A stretch of 64,000 nucleotides of DNA from an uncultured delta proteobacterium (GCA_963733195.1 CAVTCR010000073.1:96001-160000), one strand, 5' to 3'. Positions 1 to 11,101 are shown, counted from the stretch's first letter. Program-made: numbers and translations. Notes: generated from the sequence alone by a model not told the origin.

Positions 1-56
1 AGTACATAGGCAAGGCAGAGAATCCCAAAAGACAATGCTAGATCCCACCATTCCAT
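1..56 (-). CDS. 5' end of a putative membrane protein running off the window (MEWWDLALSFGILCLAYV...)
   Basis: ATG at 56 preceded by AAGGAG on the minus strand; hydrophobic N-terminus; not in the ORF track because it is truncated. Confidence 0.35.
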   Translation of the reverse strand, partial: MEWWDLALSFGILCLAYV

Positions 57-262
57 ACGTGACTCCTTCCGAACTCATAATGAGTATCGGTCTGTTATCA
101 GCAAACTGCATGCCTTGTCGTCTTTTGGATGTATGATGCACGATGTGGTCGTACTCGTTTCTCTTAAGAAGGAAAATAAAGAAAAAATGAGATCAGAAGT
201 GATAGCGATGTGGGGAAGCAAGCGTTGATATCGTCACGAGAGAAAACAAATGTAAGATTTTT

Positions 263-595
263 TTGACACTCAATAGGCGAGGAGCGGTTCTACTCGTCCG
301 TTATCCCAACTCTGATTTAGTGACGTACAAAAAGCGTCCTGCATTGGTCGTGCAAGACGAACAGATAGAGACGGGACTCACGCAACGGCTCGTGGCGATG
401 ATTACCTCAAATCTTGTCCGTACGGGTGAGACGCGCGTCCTGATTCAGAAAGACTCCTCTGTCGGGCGCGCGATGGGGCTGATTACCGACTCGGTCATCA
501 TGGCGGATAACATTTTGTTATCTATAGTATATGGCAATTTTATCTATGGTGTATTCTCCCCCATTCTACCTATTGTGTACTCCACCCTTTATTGA
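263..595 (+). pseudogene. PemK/MazF-family toxin with C-terminus replaced
   Basis: RGAVLLVRYPNSD...KKRPALVVQ...VAMITSN...GLITDSVIMADN is MazF-like; similarity stops at about 512 where AT-rich sequence begins; no antitoxin seen. Confidence 0.7.
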
Positions 596-905
596 AGGGG
601 TGTTAGCACCGTAGTGAGCGCAAAGAAACACGAAATGATAGTCGTTAGTGCCTTGAGCGGTGATTCTATCTTTGCCCACCTCGCACTCACGCAGAGCCTA
701 CCGCACCTCCACCCATCCCATAAACTGCCAGCCGCCTCGCCAGTAGTGACGATGACGGCAGCCAGTCCAATCTGAGAAGCAGGGGAGAGGTATGACGCAT
801 GCCGTTGGGTGTCGTCAAAGGGAAAGAGGTCCTATTTCCCAGCGAAAAAACAGACCTCACAGTGAGCAACTAACGCTTGACGGTCAACTGCGGACAGGCG
901 CATAG

Positions 906-1202
906 TTGTGTCTACTAGAGCTACCTATGCTAGAGCCACCACTGCTTGCTACCTACTTCTTGCTTGTCGGTCTCTCGCTGCACGTCCTCGCCTTCTTGCT
1001 CTATCGCCACGATCCTCATGATCCTAAGCTGCGTTTCGTTACTGTGGTCACGGTTTTATTGGGAGTCGTCTCACTGGCCGTCGCGCTGCTGCTGTGGGTA
1101 GGAGACAGCCCGGCTACGAAGGCAGCGTTCACCTCATGCGTTCGCGCGGACACTGAAGCGCACCGGTGGACACCGGCAGAGGAACTGGGAGAGAGGGACT
1201 GA
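906..1202 (+). CDS. small hypothetical membrane protein (2 TM)
   Basis: two hydrophobic segments; converges on the transporter gene; start uncertain. Confidence 0.35.
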   Translation: MCLLELPMLEPPLLATYFLLVGLSLHVLAFLLYRHDPHDPKLRFVTVVTVLLGVVSLAVALLLWVGDSPATKAAFTSCVRADTEAHRWTPAEELGERD

Positions 1203-1205
1203 GTC

Positions 1206-1892
1206 TCATACCTTGATGTCGCTCTCACTACCACCCACTCTGCACCGTGTGTATCTTTCCGTCTTTGTAGTATCGACCGTGCGAGAAAGGAGCCTGTGTG
1301 TAGAGTCTCTGAGTACGCCAAAGCTCGAATGGAAAAAGACCACGGCAATGAGTACCCCAATGAGAATATCCGGCCACGCTGAAGTGGTGAGCGCGACTCC
1401 CACCGCAGCCAGTACAACCCCCAGATTAGCAAGGACATCATTCCGTGAGCAGAGCCAGGTCGAGCGCATATCGAGCTCCCCCGTACGGAACCGCAGGAGC
1501 AGAAGGGCACAGGTGGTATTGGCGAGCAGCGCCAGCAGACCAAACGTACTCATGAGCGATGCAGTCGGCACGACACCAGTGCTCACTTTCTGCAGAACCT
1601 CCACCAGGACGATGCCACCAAATCCGGCCATGAGCAGCCCTTTCAAGAGCGCAGCTCTCGCTTGCCAGCGCTCCCCTTTATGTAACCCATATAGGCTCAC
1701 TGCGTAGACAGTGGCATCACCGAACATATCGAGGGAATCGGCGAGTAGCGCGGTCGAACGAGCGACAAGCCCGCCGCCAAACTCAATACAGAACATTACT
1801 ATGTTAATCGCGAGGACAAGCCTCAAGACATGCCCATAGCGAGTACGCAGCGCACTGATTTCGTGGGATTTAGCTTCACAACATGCATCCAT
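1206..1892 (-). CDS. CDF-family cation transporter (short CzcD-like)
   Basis: ALLADSLDMFGDA and RSTWLCSRND motifs, N-terminal CC, 5-6 TM segments. Confidence 0.9.
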   Translation of the reverse strand: MDACCEAKSHEISALRTRYGHVLRLVLAINIVMFCIEFGGGLVARSTALLADSLDMFGDATVYAVSLYGLHKGERWQARAALLKGLLMAGFGGIVLVEVLQKVSTGVVPTASLMSTFGLLALLANTTCALLLLRFRTGELDMRSTWLCSRNDVLANLGVVLAAVGVALTTSAWPDILIGVLIAVVFFHSSFGVLRDSTHRLLSRTVDTTKTERYTRCRVGGSESDIKV

Positions 1893-2252
1893 AGCGATCC
1901 TTCGCGGGTCGTTTTATCTACAATACAACACCCGACCAATCAGGACAGCACCCAGCAACAATGATGCGGCTGGCGCACGGGGGGAATCCGGTCTCTTACA
2001 CGCTAGCCCCATGGAAGTCTCGCCTTGCTCCTCACTAGGGGCACAGGCGTCCGACCGAGAGGGTTGCCCCTTACGAAAGAGCTTCCCCTCACTGACCAGG
2101 TTCTCGTTCTACTCCTCATCCTGACTGAATAATGTTCAGTGCTCCTCCTGCGCCCCTTCCTACACACTCCTGTAAGGGGAAACATCCCCCTCCTCACTCC
2201 GGCGGCTCCTCCTCCAAGCCCGCTGCTGACTGAATGATATTTAGCGTCTCGT

Positions 2253-2564
2253 GTGAAGCTGAAAGAGAAAAAGATAGCACCGATCGATGGGCGGGTGTTT
2301 ACCTGGAAGGGAAAGGCCATCGCTGAAGGGTGGAGGACAGCTTTTGTTGCGGCTTGTCGCCGGGCGGGGCTCACGGACTTGCACTTTCATGATCTCCGTC
2401 ATACCTTTGTTACTCGAAAGGTACGGGAAGGATGGGATTACAAGCGGATCATGGCGATCACTGGCCACAAGACGTTTGCGGTCTTTCAACGCTACAACAA
2501 TCCGAGCGAGGAAGACATCAAAGCAGTCGTGCTTGCCGATCCTCCCAGGAAGGCGATGGGGTAG
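2253..2564 (+). pseudogene. tyrosine recombinase/integrase C-terminal fragment
   Basis: FHDLRHTF...ITGHK...RY catalytic motifs; N-terminal part missing; ends 85 bp before the tRNA. Confidence 0.85.
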
Positions 2565-2649
2565 GGACCATGCAAAATTTTCCCACATGGTGGCACACAT
2601 GAAATCGAGGTTCTGCAGCGACCCTTCTAAGTACCTGATTTCACTCTGC

Positions 2650-2723
2650 GCGCCCGTAGCTCAACAGGATAGAGCGCCGGGCTTCGAACCCGTAGGCTGG
2701 GGGTTCAAATCCCTCCGGGCGCG
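2650..2723 (+). tRNA. tRNA-Arg (anticodon UCG), CCA not encoded
   Basis: cloverleaf: GCGCCCG/CGGGCGC acceptor, GCTC/GAGC D stem with A20, CT-TCG-AA loop, GGTTCAAATCC T arm; C27:T43 mismatch. Confidence 0.93.
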
Positions 2724-2789
2724 CTTTCTTTGACAACAAATCTCTCACACTCCATGAAACGTTTCTTCGAGCGCTTTCGTAACCGAATC

Positions 2790-3425
2790 GCCGCAAATAT
2801 AACGAACGGTTGGGAACCAAGCAGATTGAATTCAAAAGTCTGGTACCGCATTTGTTCCTGCCGACTCTCCTCAAACAGAAGCTTGGCTATCGTACGCATG
2901 CGTTTGTCTCTCTTCCGGTATTGAACCCTGCCACGCCGATCAACCGCGACTTCGATACTTTTACCCTCATGCCAAAACACAACGATATGGCAGCGATGAT
3001 CGATCGAATGACGTTCTCTCCGAATCAGCCTTCGTTCTACCTCCTCAACGTGGGAGAAACCCATTATCCATATGCCCTACCTGGTGAACCGGAGAGCGAG
3101 TGGCCGCGGATTCATGGCGTCCACGAGGGTCTTCAAACATCTCGACGATTTGGTGGTCGGTGGAAAACTTGTTGAAGATGAGGATGCGGTTCCGCAATTC
3201 TTCGATCAGGAAAAATTGGATCAGCTCCGTGAGCGTCAGCTTCAAGCCGTGCACTATCTCGATGACGTCTTCGTGTGGTTATTTGATAGTGTCCCACCGA
3301 ATACATATGTTACCATGACAGCTGATCACGGTGAGTTATTTGGTGAGGAAGGATACTTTGGGCACGGACCGATCAGCCACGAGAAAGTCTATGAAGTTCC
3401 ATTTGTCGAAAGGAAGATCCGCTAA
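2790..3425 (+). pseudogene. alkaline phosphatase/sulfatase-superfamily metalloenzyme, 5'-truncated, frameshift near 3125
   Basis: GETHYPY and TADHGELFGEEGYFGHG motifs split over ORFs 2810-3175 and 3072-3425; N-terminal metal-binding part absent. Confidence 0.75.
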
Positions 3426-3455
3426 CCGACTTGTCCCGCGGGCTCAAGGAGTACG

Positions 3456-4418
3456 GTGAAACGCTTCCAAGTCTTGCTGGGGATAGCGATTAGCCTAGGG
3501 TGTGGGTACTACGCCTTCCACGATGTGGAATGGGAAAAAGTCAAAGCAGCTTTTTCTCGTATCGATGCGATCGGCTTCCTCCCGGCACTTGTGGTGCTGA
3601 CGCTGCTTCTGCTGTTCCGTGCGTATCGGTGGCAATTGTTTGTGAGTCCGATTCAGCCAGTTCCCCTACGACATTTTTGGTCTGCAACGTTAATCGGCTT
3701 TATGGCGAACGATCTCTTGCCACTACGAGCGGGAGAGGTTGTTCGAGCGTATGCACTTTCCCATCTCGCCTCGGTCCGTATGAGTACTGCCGTGGCCACT
3801 ACTGTTCTTGAGCGTGTGTGGGATGCGGTGGCGGTCGCAATTGTACTTGCCGCGACGCTCTCAGGTTTTCCATTGCCAGGTTGGTTGCGTCATGCGAACT
3901 TCATCCTCTTGGGACTGTGTGCCGTTGTCCTGGTTGGTGGATGGTTCTTGGTTCAGCGAGGGGAAACTGCGTTTGCTCGATTTTCTCCGCGAATTGCGGG
4001 CCTGGCCCGACCTTTTATCAGCGGGTTCACCATGCTACGAAGTGTCCCATTAGTGTTGTGGGTTCTTTCGGTTTCTTTATTGATCTGGCTTACGTTAACC
4101 GGATTCTATTGGGTATTGTTACGAACCTGCGGTTTCAATCTTCCTCTTCAGGCAGCGTTTGTGGTGATGATTTTTACTGTGTTTGCCGCGGCGATTCCTG
4201 CGGCGCCAGGGTATTTGGGAACGTTTCAAGTCGCGATGGAACTTGCACTCCAATTCTATTCCATTCCGAAAGAAGAGGCCCTCGGCTTTTCGCTGGTCGC
4301 GCATGCGGTGCAATACTTCCCGGTTGTGATCGTCGGTTTAATTGAGCTCTTCCGAGTGCGACTACCACTGTGGCCTTCACAGTTGGGGAAGGTGGCGCCA
4401 GAGCACTCACATTCTTGA
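3456..4418 (+). CDS. lysylphosphatidylglycerol synthase TM / UPF0104 flippase-like membrane protein
   Basis: RAYRWQ, GFMANDLLPLRAGEVVRAY, ERVWD and PAAPGYLG motifs. Confidence 0.9.
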   Translation: MKRFQVLLGIAISLGCGYYAFHDVEWEKVKAAFSRIDAIGFLPALVVLTLLLLFRAYRWQLFVSPIQPVPLRHFWSATLIGFMANDLLPLRAGEVVRAYALSHLASVRMSTAVATTVLERVWDAVAVAIVLAATLSGFPLPGWLRHANFILLGLCAVVLVGGWFLVQRGETAFARFSPRIAGLARPFISGFTMLRSVPLVLWVLSVSLLIWLTLTGFYWVLLRTCGFNLPLQAAFVVMIFTVFAAAIPAAPGYLGTFQVAMELALQFYSIPKEEALGFSLVAHAVQYFPVVIVGLIELFRVRLPLWPSQLGKVAPEHSHS

Positions 4419-4466
4419 TATGGGTCTGTAGAAGTCTTTGCTTGCCGACAACTATGGAGCGAGGGC

Positions 4467-7400
4467 TCATGCTGAAAGAGAGATGAGGAGTGCTTGCGCT
4501 TCCCGAAAATCTGCCGTGTTTTGTCCTGCGCTGAATCGCTCATAAAGAGGCCTGAGTGTTTGTCGGGCAAGATCATCCCTTACCTTGTTGCTGCCACAAT
4601 CGACAGAGACGGAGCGTGGCTCGTAGCTCAAGAGCTTTTGACTGCTGCGTTCGCGCAATTTCGATGGATTTGAGAAAACACACTTCGGCTTCGCCTACGG
4701 GGTCAAGGGTCGGGGGTCGGGAATCGGTAATTTTAGACTTTGACCTCTTGAACTTTAAACCCTCTTCCTTTGACTCTGGACCTTGGACCTTGGACTCTGG
4801 GCGATCCTTAACTTCGGACTTCGGACTTCGGACCTCGGATAGCAGTAATACTTCCCCTTTTATCCGATACAGATTTGCCTCAGGAAGAAGCTGCCCTCGT
4901 GTTTGGGCAAGTGTCATCCCTTCCGTCAGTGTCCGGAGGCAATCCGCAGTTTGTCCTGCTACCAATTGCGCCTCGGCCAGGAGCGCGAGAAAATATGCTT
5001 GCCACAAGACTGCACCGGTCGCTTGGTAGGCAGCAACTCCTTGGTGGATCTGTTCGATTCCCTCACGCCCATCGGTCAGCATGGCACGGGCCCAGCCATG
5101 CTGAATAGTACTGCAGGCGAGACAATACGGAAAACCTTTTTCGACCGAGATCGCCATCCCTGCTGCTGCCATTCCTTGAGTGGCGAGGAAATCTCGGTTC
5201 ACCTGGTGGAGTGCTGCCACATGGCATCGTGCCAGCGCGAGACTGTAGTGATGCTCTTGCTCTTGGGCTAATGTCAATGCTTTGTCCGCATAGGCATGCG
5301 CTTGGGCAATATTGCCAAAATGAGAAAAGATGACAGACAGTGACGATAACACAATCACGCTGGGATTATCGACAAAATCCGTTGACGCAATGGGGGCCGG
5401 ATCGTTCAGGGCGAGACTGTGTTCGTAGTGCTGTTGTGCTGCAATTAAATTGCTTTGCCAAAAGAATGTGGAGCCCAGGGCATTGTGCGCAAGAGACAAA
5501 TGGAGTGGATCCTGCGCAGTGCTCGCCAAGTCTAACAACTGGTGGCCCAACGCTAATGCGGTCGGTAGTTCAGCTCGAACAATAGCGAATCCCCAGAGAC
5601 CGAGCAGAATCGGGAAGGGCTGGTAGACACTGCCAGCTTGCTGCCAAAGGGTGTGGGCGCGAGCGTATATCCGTTCGACTACGATCGACGCATAGCCTTC
5701 GGTCGCAGTCAAAGCGGTTCCTAAGGCAGTGCAAAGCGCGATTTCTTGTTGCACTCGTTCAGCAGAATCTGGAACTGCTTTGAGCAATTCCAGGCCGATC
5801 GTAAAATGCTCGATAGCTTCGCGGTAGGCGTAGCGTTGAAGGGCCGTCTCGGCTGCATTGCGGCGATACTGGATTGCGCGGTCGAAGTCACGCCCACGCT
5901 CGAAGTGTATGGCCAGTTTCACAGCAATCTGCTTGGCTTGGACTCCGTATGCCAGCTCTTTTTGCTGACCAATACGCGAGTGCAGATGCACACGTTTCCC
6001 GGCTGGGATACGTTGATAGAGGATATTTTGGTAGAGCGAATGAATAAACGCATATTGCTGCGCAACCGTCCCGTCGGGCCATTCACTAGCTCCGAGGGAC
6101 CGTAAAAAATGGAACCGGCGAGCTAACTTCGTATACTGCTCTTCGACAGTCGGAATTGGGAGCGCTATCGCCGCAGCCACAGCAGCCGCTGAGAACTCGA
6201 TACCGGCAACGCTCGCGACTTCAAGAATCTGCAGCTCGTCCGGAGAAAGACGGTCAAGCTGCATGTCAATCAATTGCTGTACATTCGTTGGGACTATGGT
6301 GTGAATGTCTGCAATCTTGGCGTGGAGTTGCCACTGTCCGTGTTCTTGGCGAAGGAACCCTTGGGCGATGAGATATTCAACGACATTGACCATGAAAAGA
6401 GGATTGCCGTCCGTCCGTTGATACAGCGCCTGTGCGAGCGCTGGAAGAAATGCACTTGAAGGAAAACGGGTCGTCACGTAGGCAAGGACTGCTTCCTCAT
6501 CCAAGAATCCCAATGGAATCGTGTGACATTGTCCATGGGTAGAGAGCTCACGTATCAAGCGTGGTAACGGATGGTCACTTTCTATGATGAAATCAGAGCG
6601 ATAGGTGCCTAGGAAGAGAAGGCGGGATTGATGGTGACGACGAGTGAGGAACGAAAGTAGGTCAAGGGTAGCCAAGTCGCTCCAATGCAAGTCTTCGATA
6701 ATGAGGATCAACGGCTTTTCCGCCGTCAGGCGAGTAAGAGCTTCGGCAAACTCACGCAACATACGGTCGGGCGTTGTGCCTTGGAGAGTCCGGCGGAGCC
6801 GCTTTCGATCGACGGAAGAAATGAGCGAGGGCATTTGCACAAGCCACATCGGGGCATGCTGCCGGAGAATGGTGGTGAGTTGCTCATTGCCTGGGAGACG
6901 GCAGAGGCGCTCTAGCGCCTCAAGAATAGGGAGATACGGTTCTCCAGTCCCATAGTGTTCGATGCATTGCCCTGACACGACCCAAAACCGTGCATCGGCA
7001 GACACACGTGCGAGAAACGTGTCAACGACCGCGGTCTTTCCTATCCCTGGTTCTCCGCTGAGAAATACGGTTTGCTGTTTCCCTTGGAGGAGAGAAAGTA
7101 ACAAGGAGTGAATTTGTGATAGAATGGTATCGCGTCCAACCACAGGCATTGCCGATTGGGGATTGGGGATTGGAGATCGGAGATTGGCAACTGAGAACTG
7201 ACTAGTTTCTTTCGCTTTTGGACGTTGGGCTTTGGACGTTGGGCTTTGAACGTTGGACTTTAGATTTGAGATTTTTACGGACTTCCGAGGGGTGAGGATT
7301 GCTGATTGGTTTCCCTCTCCTGATAACAGGTTACTCATGGCACCAATAAAGCGATAGCCTCGCCACGGAATCGTTTCAATGAAGCGTGGGACCTGTGACT

Positions 7401-7653
7401 CATCTCCCAGGGTCTGTCGTAACCGACGAATGCACACTTTTAGTGCTGCGTCACTGACGTACACCTCCGGCCAGGCCGCATTCAATAATTCCTCCTTGGT
7501 AGCGAGTTGACCGGGACGATCCATCAAACAGCGGAGCACGAGGAAGGCTTTCGGCGTGAGGGTGATGCTGCGGGTTCCGAGCCAGAGGCACTGGTTAACG
7601 GTGTCAAGGCGAAGAGAGGACGATGGTGATGGTTTCTCTGATTTCATTTTCAC
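4467..7653 (-). CDS. wHTH (OmpR/CadC-type) + STAND AAA ATPase + TPR transcriptional regulator; frameshift near 4575
   Basis: LTPKAFLVL...FIETIPWRGYRF wHTH, GEPGIGKT Walker A, IEDLHWSD Walker B, GNPLF, TPR repeats; C-terminal ARQTLRPLYERFSAGQNTADFREAQALL lies in ORF 4467-4658. Confidence 0.88.
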
Positions 7654-7655
7654 GT

Positions 7656-7695
7656 GTTACCGAAATGTAACCACAAATTTACCGTTTTGTTATGA
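7656..7695. promoter_or_regulatory. four heptamer direct repeats with 11-bp period (putative wHTH operator)
   Basis: GTTACCG 7656, GTAACCA 7667, TTTACCG 7678, GTTATGA 7689, between the divergent regulator and DUF1302 genes. Confidence 0.55.
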
Positions 7696-7861
7696 CTTCT
7701 ACTCGTAACTATGAAAATTGCCCTTTGGGCACACGCAGGAACTGTGAGCAGGGGGTCTTATAACACAGTGTACGACAAAAAGTGAAGTCGGCGTGAGAAA
7801 AAAGAAATTTGGCAGACCTCAGCGGCCAAGATGCTGACTGAGGGAGCAAGGAGGGCCAATT

Positions 7862-10191
7862 ATGTGGAGGAGTCGATACGGTATTCTGGGCGGACTGCTA
7901 ACATGGGTGATCTTGGGATGCCTGTCCGCAAGTACGGCATGGGGGTATTTCTTTGATGACCGACGGGAGATGAGCTTATCAGGCTTTGCCTATACGCGCG
8001 GGACCATGGCCTTGTGCATGACGACATGGCGGCGGGCAAAGGGCTCTATAAGCCGGCAACTTGGTGCCAGCATCGAAACTTTCTGACCTTCGAATGGCGC
8101 CATAACATCAGCCGCCTCGCGCGCCGGGTCCCCGACGATTGGGCCGGTGATGGAGTTCCTGAACTTTGACGCCTTTGACTACTACCTCAACATGCGGAAG
8201 AGTATGAAGGGGTGTGGGACTATGGCCCCAAGGCGCATCAGGAAGCAGATGAAGGGGGGACGGCGGCGCCACCTTTTGGGACAAGTATTATGGGCGGCAG
8301 CTGCCGAAGTATCCCTCAGCAGTTCGTGCGGGTCGAAGAACTTTGCCTATGATCTACTCAATATCAACTTTGCCGAGAAACAGGTCAATCAGATCTCCTT
8401 GTTTGAATGGTATTTCAACATTACCAAAGGGCCGTTATTCATTCGCATTGGGCGGCAGAACCTGTCGTGGGGCGAGACGGATGCCTTTCGCCTGCTTGAC
8501 CAGATCAACCCGTTGGATAACTTTTTTGGTGGGTTTTTGGTGCCTTTAGATGAGCGGCGGGTGCCGCTGAGCATGATGCGGGCGCAGTGGAGTTTTGGGA
8601 CGATCGGGCCGGTCAGTGACCTGACGTTAGAAGGGTTTGTATCACCGGATCGGCGCACGTCGGCCTACTACGGGTTGACGCCCAATTTTTGGACGCCGTA
8701 CACGGTGACGTCGCCGGTGTATGGTGGGGCGCATGCCGTGTGGGGGGCCAGTCTTTGGGCGCCAGAGTCCGGGGCCGAAGCAGGGGGATGAGCCGGGGCG
8801 TTTGGCGAGCCGTGCAGTTTTCGGGCGCCAGGGCCGCACTCTAACCTCAGCGACAGTCGTGGCGGGGGGCGCCTAGTGGGCACGATCCATGATTTCACGT
8901 TCTCGATCGCGCACTACTACACATGGCAAGATGGGCCAGTGTCGGGCGCCGGGGTCATCTCGCCTACGACCGCGCACTTAGCGTGGGATATCGATGCCAC
9001 GGGGAATTTATTCAGGTATATCACGGGGAAGAACGCCTTAGAGAAGAATTCGTCGGGGCAGTATGTGAATAACCCGCTGGGGGATCGATGATCCGGTGGT
9101 CAGTGGCGCAAACGGAAAGGGTGGGCCGGGAGCGAGTACCGGCGTGCCGGCGGTGCAAGAGCGCAACACTGGCGTGCCGATTCGGGAGAAGCGGATTCAG
9201 ATCACGGGGGCGTCCCTCTCCTTTCCGGTCAACGCCTTGACCGGGATGTTTGTCGGCTCTGACAACCCGCTGTACTATCTCTACACCACTTTTCGGGGGG
9301 AAGTGGCGTATTTTCGCAATGTCGGGATTCGCTCCAATATTAATGATGGCTCGGTGAGTTACGGGGATGTCAATGGGAACGGGTCGCGCGGTGGCAGCGG
9401 TTTTTGACGTTGCCGTTAGAACAGGCGGCGCAGAGAGCGGAGCAGGCGGGGAATTTCGCTGAAGCGGCAACGATTCGGAAGAATGCGAACTATAATCCGG
9501 TATTTTTACCGGGGGGGTCGCATGCGAGTCAGGGGAATTGTACGGATGGGGCGGGGGTGAGAGGCTGTCGCACTCGGGCATTTCAAGAGCCGCGACATGT
9601 GGGCATTTAGCATTGGATTGGATCATAACCAATGGTTCAGGTGGTTCAACCCCGCCAATAGCTTTGTGTTTTCGGCCCAATTTTTCGTGCGGCATGTATT
9701 GGGCAACAAGCGAGAGTTTGATCGCGGGAGACCGATTGGGTATGAACAACGACCAACTCGGCACGGGGCTAACGTATCGGAAGATCGCGACGGTGGGAGG
9801 TCGGGCCAAGCCACCCACTATCGCCCAACGGCCGGGCGGGCCGGGCGACCGGGGGTTCGCGTGTATCCAGCCTGGGCAGACAGGAGCGCCGACTGCGCCG
9901 CAGTTTGCCCCATGTGAGGAGCGGCGGCTCTACGGGCTGCAAAGCTGGGACATGGTCAACACCCTGTCGATTTCGACTTCGTACTTGGGTGGGAATCTGC
10001 GACCGAGCTTTGTCTTCTTCTATGATTGGAATGGGTCGTGGTTAGTCCAGCCCGGATTTGACTGGAAGTTCTGGGACCCGTTCGCGATGAGCATGCGGTA
10101 CAACTGGATTGATGGCAACTATGGTCCTGCGATTGGGGCGTTCAAGACCAAAGACAGTATCTGGTTAGAGTTCCAGTATCAGTTGTACTAG
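7862..10191 (+). CDS. DUF1302-like outer-membrane beta-barrel protein, multiply frameshifted
   Basis: signal peptide; IRIGRQNLSWGETDAFRLLDQINPLD motif; C-terminal IWLEFQYQLY barrel signature; pieces in ORFs 7862, 8147, 8876, 9096, 9404, 9597, 9538. Confidence 0.75.
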
Positions 10192-10221
10192 GAGTGTTGG
10201 AGGAGAGGAGCCAAGAGGAGG

Positions 10222-10246
10222 ATAGGGCGGGCACTGCCCGCCCTAT
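10222..10246. repeat. perfect palindrome (REP-like or terminator)
   Basis: ATAGGGCGGGCA-C-TGCCCGCCCTAT just after the DUF1302 stop. Confidence 0.6.
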
Positions 10247-10313
10247 GGCACTGTTGGTGAGGGAAGTTGATGCCAATTGCTCCTTTTTCTATTGAGAGAG
10301 GGAGAGAAGGCGC

Positions 10314-10808
10314 ATGTTATTTTTTTCTCTTACTTCTCAAGAGCGACAACTGCTCGAAGAATTCGTCTCACGTACAGTTTTAAGCAATGAAGCACGGCGC
10401 GCCCAAGCACTCTTATGGCTTGATGCTGGAGAAAGCTCGCAAGCCGTAGCTGAACGTTTGCGAGCAAGTCGGCAAACGGTTTACAACTGGGCTGCGCGCT
10501 TTCAACGGCGACGAGGCGAAAGCGATATGTGCATTCGCCTGGCCGACGGGAAACGCAGCGGTCGCCCCTCGACCATCGCCCTGCGGATCGACCCTATTCT
10601 GGAAAAAATCCTCGACCACAGCCCGCGCCAGTTTGGCTACAACACCGATAGGTGGACGATGACTTTACTGATTCGTCATTTAAGTGAAGTCCACCGACTT
10701 GTGGTGAACCGTGCGAACGTCTCCGCTGCTCTACAACGGTTGGGGAAAACCCGACAGTCGTTACATGTATTTGTCGATGAGTTTGAGTTGGATGGGGTGA
10801 CTGGCTGA
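10314..10808 (+). CDS. stand-alone HTH protein homologous to IS630 transposase N-terminal DNA-binding half
   Basis: RRAQALLWLDAG..VAERLRASRQTVYNW..RSGRP..SPRQFGY..RWT; purine-rich RBS; no DDE domain follows. Confidence 0.75.
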   Translation: MLFFSLTSQERQLLEEFVSRTVLSNEARRAQALLWLDAGESSQAVAERLRASRQTVYNWAARFQRRRGESDMCIRLADGKRSGRPSTIALRIDPILEKILDHSPRQFGYNTDRWTMTLLIRHLSEVHRLVVNRANVSAALQRLGKTRQSLHVFVDEFELDGVTG

Positions 10809-10905
10809 TACAAAAAAGGCTATAGGCTGAAGGGGGCTGATGAAAATTAGCGATATTGGGGAGGCTTTTCTCGCGTCGCTGTGTCCCGTTTTTGTTCCCT
10901 AGACT

Positions 10906-10986
10906 TCTCGTTCCCAGGCTTTGCCTGGGAACGCAACGGCAGAGCCTAGCCCGCAGTGCGTACTGAGGCGGAGCCTCGGTACGAGA
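10906..10986. repeat. palindromic repeat of CTCGTTCCCAGGC...GAGCCTCGGTACGAG type
   Basis: terminal inverted repeats with internal hairpin GTTCCCAGGC-TTT-GCCTGGGAAC. Confidence 0.65.
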
Positions 10987-11060
10987 GGATCGCTGCGGAA
11001 CAAATCAGGATCAGCTTAAACTGACTACATACGAGGATTTCCTCATCCCAGGCTGACGCA

Positions 11061-11101
11061 TACTTCGACTTCGCCTTTCAGGTTACGCTCAGCACGAGCG
11101 G
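11061..11101 (+). repeat. REP-like element CTTCGAC-n-GCTCAGCACGAGCGG
   Basis: same family as the split copy (18509-18543 + 35834-35842) and the inverted copy at 35870-35913. Confidence 0.7.

Noticed and set aside
263-595. Functional MazEF toxin-antitoxin system
   Set aside because: The toxin C-terminus is replaced by unrelated sequence and no antitoxin ORF precedes it.
4467-7653. Avs-type antiviral STAND defence system
   Set aside because: The N-terminal domain is a transcription-factor wHTH rather than a nuclease, TIR or SIR2 effector, and the context is not a defence island.
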